DNA from: Candidatus Thorarchaeota archaeon
GTDB taxonomy: Archaea; Asgardarchaeota; Thorarchaeia; Thorarchaeales; Thorarchaeaceae
Direction of reading: 5' to 3'
DNA: 64,000 nucleotides
Assembly: GCA_046482545.1 (NCBI GenBank)
Contig: JAWOEX010000023.1
Span: 27,836 to 91,835 of the forward strand
Both the position numbers and the translations under genes were made by a program. How positions within the stretch are numbered: the first letter of the stretch is position 1; every line of letters begins with the position of its first letter. This document shows positions 50,962 to 58,641 of the stretch, in pieces. The notes beneath the pieces were generated by a model. It saw nothing but the letters and a program-made list of their open reading frames with translations, did not search any database and was not told where the DNA came from.

Positions 50962-51321
50962 ATGGCAGATAAACGTGGACTTCGATTCTCAAAAGCAACC
51001 TGCCCAATCTGCGGATGCAAAGAAGTCGCCCATGATTCAAGGAAAGGTGAGCTTCTGTGTACCAACTGCGGCCACATTATCGTACGCAAAGAGACCAGAT
51101 CAGTAGGAAAGTTCGAGATTGCTCAGCGCCTCAAGCGTAACGGGCAGATGGACTTCTCTGGCTTAGTGGAGACAACAAATGCATCAGACGATAGCCTATT
51201 TGGCACTCTACAAACCATGGAAGACAGAGGTCTTATCCGTAACTCTGGTAATCAATATATGCTGACGAAGAAAGGAAGGCGTTGGTACAGGCAAAGATTG
51301 GGGCAAGAATGGGGCTATTGA
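50962..51321 (+). CDS. TFIIB-type Zn-ribbon fused to winged-helix domain
   Basis: CPICG...DSRKGELLCTNCG; LQTMEDRGLI...YMLTKKG. Confidence 0.72.
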   Translation: MADKRGLRFSKATCPICGCKEVAHDSRKGELLCTNCGHIIVRKETRSVGKFEIAQRLKRNGQMDFSGLVETTNASDDSLFGTLQTMEDRGLIRNSGNQYMLTKKGRRWYRQRLGQEWGY

Positions 51322-51438
51322 ATTAGTTCAGAGCTCTTTTTTCAGCTGATATGCCTTATTGCCGCTTCACATGAAATTCAAGCGAATACTCCTTTCGGTT
51401 CCGGCAACGTGTGTCTTATTATCCAAGAAGTAATTCAT

Positions 51439-51564
51439 AAGTCACGGGGCCCATTGCGGAGCACAATCATATCTCCCCTCCTAACCACGCGAATACCTCC
51501 ACGGAGGCTTGATGCCTCCGCTGGATAACCTACTTTCTCTTTTTTGCTCCGTGGGCCCTGACTT
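51439..51564. ncRNA. Candidate ~125-nt structured ncRNA or cis-element (long closing stem, large internal loop, apical hairpin)
   Basis: AAGTCA..GGGCCCA..CGGAGCA pairs with TGCTCCGTGGGCCCTGACTT; inner TCCA-CGGAGGC-TTGAT-GCCTCCG-C-TGGA. Confidence 0.5.
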
Positions 51565-51587
51565 TTGTTGCATTAATTTTGTCAAAA

Positions 51588-51622
51588 TCATCGCCAGTCA
51601 ACTGATGGACAGCTAGCGATGA
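51588..51622 (-). terminator. 3'-UTR hairpin just downstream of the NYN gene
   Basis: TCATCGC/GCGATGA stem extended by a G-U pair on the minus strand, followed by TTTT. Confidence 0.45.
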
Positions 51623-51631
51623 CAATTTCAG

Positions 51632-52969
51632 TTACGGGCATTCCACGGCGTAGCCTAGTGGTTCAAGTTCTGAGTTGACAACATCGATAACATCTTCACA
51701 ATCCCAGCGCTTGCCAAACAGGATTGAGACAATGATTTGTTCGTACGGCGGAATAAACGATAGACCGCTAGCCCGGAGGATTCGCTGATACTTCTCCTGA
51801 ATCTGTTTGTCTTTCAGATACTTTTCCATTTCAGAGATGCTTGCGTTGTACTTATACAACATCTGGATGGTTCGCTGGATATACCGGTCGCGCGGGACTT
51901 TTGCACCTGAGCCAAAGAAATCCTTCACATTCTGCTCGTACCATTCCTTCATCTGGTCAACAGTGTATACAGGCATAACTGCAGGAGGTTTGCCTTCTTG
52001 GGGTTCAATGCGCACGAGATTGCGACTCTCAGCAGCTCTCACAAAATCTCCAAACTTGTCATAGCCAAGCTTTGTGAAATCAATACCGGCACTTCGTACC
52101 TTTTGAACAACACGTTCCATACCCATGTAATCGCTCTGGCTAGCCATTGATTCTACAAGATCCCTGAACCGTTCGAATGTGGCGTCAAGGGTATCGGTCT
52201 GATCTTCAGTCAATTTGGCAACTGATTTCCTGAGTTTGAGCTCAGAATACGGTTTCTCTCCTTCCTTGACAACGAGCTCCTCAATCAACGCTTGTGAAAT
52301 CAGCTGCCCCCAGTCATCAAAGCCTAATCGGGTAATATCGATTTCCGGATTCAAGTGTTTCACAACTGCTTGAACATACCTCGGATATGTTGCCTTACCG
52401 AGCTTTTTGATTCTGACAATTGTCTCCTGGAGTCTCCTGAACCCTATGGCTCGCACCTCTTCAGGTGAGCGCTGCGCGGTTTCTTCTTCTCCAATAATCT
52501 CCAAATCGTAATCAGCAGGGCGGAATGAATCGATATCGTAATACTCATCAGAACGAATCACTGTTTCAGGTCTAGTAATCATTGGACTGCTGACAACAAT
52601 CACATTCTTGCCTTGCTTCTGGAGCGCAATCATAAGAGGCTCGAAAACAGCGTCGGATGATACGAGTATGAATGATTCCGTTTCAGGCGACCGCACAAGC
52701 CAATCCACAACGTAGGTGGCCATCTGGCAATCAGCACTATCTTTCAAATCATCCGGCACATGTATCAGGTCAAAATCGATGCGATAGAGCCGCTTTCCAA
52801 CATCTTGATACGGTCCGTTCCAATCTGCAAATGCATATTTTACTTCAGCATTATAATTCTCATCAAGCCAATTCTTGAAACCCTTTGCTATCCGTTCATC
52901 TCGCACTGAGGTTACATTCTCGGCATCCCAAAATACTGCTGCTTTTTGCGTGTTGATATCAGGACTCAT
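51632..52969 (-). CDS. NYN (LabA/DUF88, PIN-fold) ribonuclease with LOTUS/OST-HTH-like repeats
   Basis: FWDAENV, AFADW, KDSAD, LVSSD.VF; two repeats D.T.LG(F/Y)..(W/F)G...... Likely start ATG 52969. Confidence 0.8.
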   Translation of the reverse strand: MSPDINTQKAAVFWDAENVTSVRDERIAKGFKNWLDENYNAEVKYAFADWNGPYQDVGKRLYRIDFDLIHVPDDLKDSADCQMATYVVDWLVRSPETESFILVSSDAVFEPLMIALQKQGKNVIVVSSPMITRPETVIRSDEYYDIDSFRPADYDLEIIGEEETAQRSPEEVRAIGFRRLQETIVRIKKLGKATYPRYVQAVVKHLNPEIDITRLGFDDWGQLISQALIEELVVKEGEKPYSELKLRKSVAKLTEDQTDTLDATFERFRDLVESMASQSDYMGMERVVQKVRSAGIDFTKLGYDKFGDFVRAAESRNLVRIEPQEGKPPAVMPVYTVDQMKEWYEQNVKDFFGSGAKVPRDRYIQRTIQMLYKYNASISEMEKYLKDKQIQEKYQRILRASGLSFIPPYEQIIVSILFGKRWDCEDVIDVVNSELEPLGYAVECP

Positions 52970-53226
52970 TGCATTGCCACCTGAAACTGAGGAACTGTGT
53001 GACTGATTATTCAAAATAGAGACTCCAATTATACTTTCTTGCTGTGAGGAGAAGAGCCCTTTTCGGTGGTGAACTTTGAGGACTATTGTCCCCCTCGTGT
53101 TTAGCGGTCATTCATCACTTATAGGTTACTCGGCAGAGGAAACAAACTATCAAAACCTCTGAATTCCCCGGGTAATACAACCATGTGTGACAGGTGTCTT
53201 GTGAAATTCTCGTACCTCCCAACCGG

Positions 53227-53580
53227 CTATTTGCAGACTTCCTTGTGAATGCGAATAATCTCCTGCTTTGTGATTAATCCAGTGATTACGCGAGTCCCAA
53301 TCACAATTCTGGGAAGCGTTCTTCCTGAGAGACGTTCTTTTAGTTCCCGCACAAATCCCAAGCTGTTGATATCTGTGATACTCAACTGACACCCCGATTC
53401 CTCTGCGGCCTTCTCTGCAGAGAACAGAATCGTTGCAGTATCTTGTGGTATCCATTTTGCCCCCTTGGTCAGGTCCATATGACCACCTTTATCCAAGCAT
53501 TCACATTGTTAATGTGAGACAGGAGCCTCAGACCCTGTAACCTTGCTTCGAAGAACAGGTGGATGCTTTCACTCACTTCA
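53227..53580 (-). pseudogene. Probable disrupted small hypothetical protein (thioredoxin-like pattern at C-terminus)
   Basis: 89-aa ORF continues upstream through TAA at 53509-53511 (VLRSKVTG...SH*QCEC) and a possible frameshifted GTG start (SESIHL). Confidence 0.35.
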
Positions 53581-53693
53581 ATCACGCTCAATGGATATAG
53601 ACGAGGGATACCTGCAGCTATTTAGCATCCATAGCTGCGCAACCTCAATTAGCACTGAACCGGAATTTGTAAAAACCGAAAGAGGAAAAGTAA

Positions 53694-53769
53694 TGGTGGA
53701 CCGGGTGGGATTTGAACCCACGCCCTCTTGATTGCAAACCAAGCGATCTGCCAGCTGATCTACCGGCCC
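53694..53769 (-). tRNA. tRNA-Ala(UGC), intron-less, CCA encoded
   Basis: GGGCCGG acceptor stem with G3-U70, D arm GATC/GATC, anticodon TGC, GGTTCAAATCC T arm, 3' ACCA; 76 nt. Confidence 0.97.
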
Positions 53770-53854
53770 ACTGGTTCGTGTCTGCCATAAATGTTGAAAT
53801 GCGTGATTCCATGCAACAGCAGCTTGTACTTTTTTTTTGCTAAAGAGGGTAGTT

Positions 53855-54469
53855 TTAATCCTTGCGTTCCTGCTGTACGTATTCGTCTCTCAGATTATCC
53901 AGCCAGAATGGTGCCCCTCGAAGCTCAGAAGCTTCTTCGTCAGATAGCTCCCTGCGCTCGACTTTGGTCATATCATCAGGAAGAATGGCACTAACCCCTG
54001 CAGGGTCCTCGATGACTAGTGTAAAGCTCAGATTTCCTTCCAGAGCTTCGCCCAATTTTTCCATTATTTCTTTGCCCAGTTCTTGCTGCTCTTCGGTGTC
54101 AGCACTCCGCAGTGCAATCCCGGTCACATCGTGCATCCGCTGGACAACACCTTCAACATTCGAAATGAAGGCTTCTGCTGCCGGTCCGGGTTCAACATCG
54201 ATACCGAAACCGGGTAGTCTCATGGTTCCAGAACCCGAACGAATGACCCTTGTTTTCAATAACTCAGCGTCATCAACTTCAAGTTCCCAACGAACTGGAG
54301 GTCGCTGTTCCACCGAGAAGATGTCTTTCTGGGTAAATCCACATTCAGAGCATTTCATCATGAAAATGACCAACTCATTGAAATAGGGCACGGGATAAAC
54401 CATGGACTTCACTGTCATGCTTTTTTTCTCGCATGCAGGACACTCGACGGTAATCTCATCAGCAGACAT
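53855..54469 (-). CDS. ZPR1 zinc-finger domain protein (archaeal)
   Basis: CPAC...VPYF...CSECGF, RVIRS, ISNVEGV, EDPAG.S. Confidence 0.93.
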   Translation of the reverse strand: MSADEITVECPACEKKSMTVKSMVYPVPYFNELVIFMMKCSECGFTQKDIFSVEQRPPVRWELEVDDAELLKTRVIRSGSGTMRLPGFGIDVEPGPAAEAFISNVEGVVQRMHDVTGIALRSADTEEQQELGKEIMEKLGEALEGNLSFTLVIEDPAGVSAILPDDMTKVERRELSDEEASELRGAPFWLDNLRDEYVQQERKD

Positions 54470-54687
54470 AGGTCAGACGCTCGAAACTCCACTTATAGCA
54501 CTATTTGAATGAGCACACGTGGATAATAAGAACAAATATCACTTAAAACTCAAAGAGAATAAAACTGCTGTGAGGAACCACAGTTCAGGGGAATCGCGCC
54601 GCGCTATGAGAAAATTTGGTCAATTTGGTTTTTGCATCTTGGCCCCTAGATGCCAAGAACAATGAACACATGGGAAGATTGCCACTC

Positions 54688-55887
54688 ATGAACATAAAGA
54701 GCATATACATCATAAAAAGGGAAACCGGTGTATGCATGTACCATAAGGACTTCCAAGAGGCAATTTTCGATCCGGACCTAATTTCTTCGTTTTTGTCTGC
54801 AATGACATCTTTTCTCGATCAGGCCACTGGTACCGTCAAATCGAGAGCACGCGCTTTTGAAGGTACAGATCACCGAATAATAATCGAGTTCGGCGATTGG
54901 ATCCTAGGAGCGCTTTCTGTGGAGCAGGAAAGTGCACAGCTGAGAGAGAAACTCAAAAGAACCGTACAAAAGTTTGAAGAACAATTCAACCTCTTGCGGT
55001 GGGTAGATATCGACTTGGCTGTGTATTCCAGATTCGAAAAGGTGGTTTTGAACGAATTCGTCCGTGATAGAATCCAAGAAGACAGTATCATCCAAGTGAA
55101 ACATAGCTGGGAGCTTTATACAGGACAAGCTGAGGTTAGGTCGTTTCTAAATCTGATTCCCAAGAGGTGTTCAGTTCAAGATGCAGCCGATTTTCTAGAA
55201 ATTCCCCTAGATTTAGTCGTAGATCTCGCTTCGAAAGCATATTGGGACAAGGCCATAGAAGTGAGTAGTCCCGTCACGTTAGATGATATATATCAGACAA
55301 CCTTCCTGAACCAAAATGATAAGCAAATTCAAGGAGTGTCAGAGAAAACAATCAAGGCACTGGGAGAGTTGGATGGCGAAACCCCCCTAGTCATAGCGGC
55401 TGAGAGAGTAAAAACCAAAGATGTGAAACGCTTTCTAGAAGAAATTGCTCTGCTAGCTGAGAAGCATGCAGTTGAACCAGTTCCAGAAGTCCAGAGCATC
55501 CTTGTATTGTATAAGAACGTCCTCCAGACAACGGTTTCAAGTTGCACGAAACTCATTGGGCACAAAGCGGCTGCAGCTACCTTTAGAAAATCACAAAGGG
55601 CTCTCCTTGAGGTCTATCCGTGGCTCAGGCTTGTTTGCCTTGAAAATCAGGTGGACGTGGAAATCAAGAACCAGTTGAATTCGGCAGTAGTAAGGAGGGC
55701 AATATCAGCAGAGACTATCAGCAAAGGCTTCGGGGAACTGATGCGTTACATAGCAGAGGGCACAAGTTATTACACAGGATGTTATATAGCCAATCGTATA
55801 GTAGAGAATACTAGAAACGAAACAAGAAGGCAATTTCCACGATTGGTAAACAGTATCGCGTGGGATAAGCTTGCTGTGACAATCTAG
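54688..55887 (+). CDS. Longin-like domain protein with central winged-helix-like repeats
   Basis: IKSIYII...GVCMY...DPDLISSFLSAMTSF longin pattern; LDGETPL...A wHTH-like segment. Start uncertain (54670/54688). Confidence 0.65.
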   Translation: MNIKSIYIIKRETGVCMYHKDFQEAIFDPDLISSFLSAMTSFLDQATGTVKSRARAFEGTDHRIIIEFGDWILGALSVEQESAQLREKLKRTVQKFEEQFNLLRWVDIDLAVYSRFEKVVLNEFVRDRIQEDSIIQVKHSWELYTGQAEVRSFLNLIPKRCSVQDAADFLEIPLDLVVDLASKAYWDKAIEVSSPVTLDDIYQTTFLNQNDKQIQGVSEKTIKALGELDGETPLVIAAERVKTKDVKRFLEEIALLAEKHAVEPVPEVQSILVLYKNVLQTTVSSCTKLIGHKAAAATFRKSQRALLEVYPWLRLVCLENQVDVEIKNQLNSAVVRRAISAETISKGFGELMRYIAEGTSYYTGCYIANRIVENTRNETRRQFPRLVNSIAWDKLAVTI

Positions 55888-55912
55888 TCCAAGGAAAGAG
55901 TCGCCAAGAAGA

Positions 55913-56719
55913 GTGATTATCTTGGAAAAGATGGATATACATCAATCACCAAAGGCAATATTCATCGCTTTATTGACTATACTATATGCCATCGTAGTTC
56001 TGATTACAGGAATTCTTTTGATAGGAACCGGCTCCGCCGCAATAGTCTCTTCTATTGCAGGGGCTTTGTTGGTCCTGACGCCTCTACTGTTAGGTATTGT
56101 AAGTATCAGTGAATTTGCAAGAGCGGGGGTAGCTTTTGGCGACCGATATAGTATCATGAATACATCAAGTGCTTTCGCTCTTTGTGTGCTGGCGATAGCA
56201 GAAGCTACCTTTCTGACACTTCAAAACTTTAATCCCAACGACATAGCGAAGGTCGTCTACTACGTCGTCGCATCTATTGGGTTACTGCCGTGGATGGCAA
56301 GTGCAGTTAGTTATCTTCGCCAGTCAAATGAAGTATTGGAATTTTTCTCAAATCGTAATCTTAAGAAAGTACTTGTCTTGTGTGCCGTTCTGTGCCCTAT
56401 GCCGGTGATTCTAATTATGTCTACAATGATTGAAAACATAGGCTTGGCCGTCATCGTGACATTCTACCCTCTTCTGACCATGACTTCTCTGCTTCTATTC
56501 ACACTAGGGCTAATTTCTTGGATCTTCCGAAAAGGACAGCTGGTGAAACATATCCTGTGTGCTTTTCTCGGTGTTTGCTTGCTCGCGATGCACTTCGCAA
56601 TACAATCAGTTTCGTCGACGGTAATCTTACTTGCATTCAATCTGCTAACCGGGATAGAAGGATATTCCCTCATAGGAACATCGCTTCTACTCGCTGAAGC
56701 AACGGCGGATAGAGCTTAG
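55913..56719 (+). CDS. Polytopic (about 8 TM) membrane protein of unknown function
   Basis: Alternating hydrophobic segments; 25 nt after the longin gene. Confidence 0.7.
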   Translation: MIILEKMDIHQSPKAIFIALLTILYAIVVLITGILLIGTGSAAIVSSIAGALLVLTPLLLGIVSISEFARAGVAFGDRYSIMNTSSAFALCVLAIAEATFLTLQNFNPNDIAKVVYYVVASIGLLPWMASAVSYLRQSNEVLEFFSNRNLKKVLVLCAVLCPMPVILIMSTMIENIGLAVIVTFYPLLTMTSLLLFTLGLISWIFRKGQLVKHILCAFLGVCLLAMHFAIQSVSSTVILLAFNLLTGIEGYSLIGTSLLLAEATADRA

Positions 56720-58641
56720 GAGCGCGATCGATCTTCTCTTCTAGATTTAGGATTAGGTGTGCTCGACTCCGCAACTGGAGCTTTGACCTCCTCGGGGCAT
56801 TTGGATACCTCTTTTGCGGCTGTGCTCGCAATTGTCTCTGAGAGCTCTTCAATACCCTGATGAGCGTAGTATGTGTCGTACAGCCTCTTGAAGACACCAC
56901 CTAGTTCCAATAACTCCTCATGAGTCCCGCGTTCGACGATTTCCCCTTCTTTAAATACAAGAATTCGTGACGCATTTGTGATGGTCGTCAGACGATGTGC
57001 GATAACTACAGTTGTCCTTCCAGAGAATAACTTCGCTTGAGCATCTTGTACAAGAGATTCACTGTAGGCATCCAATCGACTTGTAGCTTCATCCAGAATG
57101 AGAATCTTGGGATCAGCCAGCATGGTCCTAGCAATCGTTATCATTTGCTTCTGGCCTGAACTAACATTCTTACCTCCTTGAATCATCTTCGTATGATAGC
57201 CATCAGGAAGTGAATCAATGAATTCGTCCGCTCCAATCAGTTTGCAAAGCTTTACGATTTCCTCTTCAGTTGCAGAAGGTTTGCCATATCTGATATTCTC
57301 AATTACGGTTCCATCAAATAGGTAAGGTTCCTGTGGAATGAGCGATACCTCATTGTGGAGAGAATCCAGTGTTATGTTACGAAGGTCTTGGCCTCCAATG
57401 AGTATCTGTCCTGAATCAGGATCATAGAAACGGTTGATTAGCGCTGCAACAGTGGTCTTACCTGCACCAGTATGGCCTACGACTGCCACGGTCTCCCCGG
57501 GATTCACGGTGAAACTGACATCTTTCAATACAAGCTCATCTGCGACATATGAAAAGTTCACGTTTCTGAATTCTATTCCGTCGCTTTGCTTTTGCAGGGG
57601 CTTGGATTCAGGTGACTCGGTAATGGAAGGGTCCTTTTCGGTCACATCTGAGATTCTGTCCATTGCAGCCAGTGAGGATTGAACTTGTGCGGCATTCATC
57701 GATAAGGCGAGAAGCGGCCACATGAAACGACTTGTCATAGTGATACCCACAAACAATTCGCCTACTGTTAGAGCAGTGGTTGTTCCCACTGCGAAGCTGC
57801 CACCCACAAAGAGAACAGCTGCAATACCAAATTGTCCTATTGATCGCATAAGAGGCTGCATAGCGCTCATCAGCATCATAAATTTGAAACCGTAGTTGTA
57901 CGCCTCTTGGTTCAACTCCGACATCCTTTCTGATAGCTCATCTTCTCTGTTGAAGGCTTTAGCCACATGCACGCCAGCAAGATTCTCAGCAATTTGACCC
58001 GATACTCGCCCGTATGCTCTCCTTGAATCAAGCATAATACGTTGGCCTATAGTTCCAAAGAGTACAGCGATGAACAATACACCGGGGACTACCACCAGAG
58101 TTGTAAGAGCAAGAGTTTGAGAAATGGACCAGACAATGAAGAATGAGGCAACCATTAGAAGAAGATGACTTGCGAAATCTATAAGAACTTGCATGCCCAT
58201 CGAAAGCTGATCAACATCAGAAGTTACTCGAGAAGTCACATCTCCGCTTTGCTGAGACGTGTGATATGACAAGTCAGCATTAATCAAGTGGTCATATACA
58301 TCCGACTGGACATTCTGTGTTAGGCCAGCTTGGGCTCCTGCCAGAAACCAAAGCTTTCCTCCATTAAGGGCCCACGCAGTTACTTTGAGGGCCACGTATA
58401 AGCCAATCAGCAGGATTAGCGATTCCCAGCCGCCTGCTGTAGACAAAACAGCATCCAACCCCTGAGACAGTACCGGAATATCGAAAACGCTAACGACAGT
58501 ACCGAGGATCGAGAAGGTTGCACCTATAGCTAATTCGCGTTTGAACCCGCCTAGATAGCCAAAGAGTCTTCTGAGAAGAACTCCAACAGGACGGCTACGC
58601 TCCTGACGTTCTAAATCTGGTCCATGTCGTCTCATACCCAT
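56716..58641 (-). CDS. ABC exporter half (TMD-NBD), consensus Walker B/H-switch subunit
   Basis: GHTGAGKTT, VSSGQKQ, ILDEATS, AHRL. Confidence 0.93.
   Translation of the reverse strand: MGMRRHGPDLERQERSRPVGVLLRRLFGYLGGFKRELAIGATFSILGTVVSVFDIPVLSQGLDAVLSTAGGWESLILLIGLYVALKVTAWALNGGKLWFLAGAQAGLTQNVQSDVYDHLINADLSYHTSQQSGDVTSRVTSDVDQLSMGMQVLIDFASHLLLMVASFFIVWSISQTLALTTLVVVPGVLFIAVLFGTIGQRIMLDSRRAYGRVSGQIAENLAGVHVAKAFNREDELSERMSELNQEAYNYGFKFMMLMSAMQPLMRSIGQFGIAAVLFVGGSFAVGTTTALTVGELFVGITMTSRFMWPLLALSMNAAQVQSSLAAMDRISDVTEKDPSITESPESKPLQKQSDGIEFRNVNFSYVADELVLKDVSFTVNPGETVAVVGHTGAGKTTVAALINRFYDPDSGQILIGGQDLRNITLDSLHNEVSLIPQEPYLFDGTVIENIRYGKPSATEEEIVKLCKLIGADEFIDSLPDGYHTKMIQGGKNVSSGQKQMITIARTMLADPKILILDEATSRLDAYSESLVQDAQAKLFSGRTTVVIAHRLTTITNASRILVFKEGEIVERGTHEELLELGGVFKRLYDTYYAHQGIEELSETIASTAAKEVSKCPEEVKAPVAESSTPNPKSRREDRSRS

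Noticed and set aside
46355-51321. Wadjet (JetABCD/MksBEFG) or Rad50-Mre11 system
   Set aside because: No Toprim JetD or Mre11 nuclease adjacent, no CxxC zinc hook, and the motifs are Smc5/6-like.
53497-53580. Selenoprotein with in-frame TGA upstream of the 89-aa ORF
   Set aside because: The first interrupting stop is TAA, not TGA, and no SECIS-like hairpin was recognised.
40966-53769. Integrated element at tRNA-Ala carrying the SMC locus
   Set aside because: No integrase and no duplicated tRNA 3' end (att site) found by eye; no evident compositional shift.
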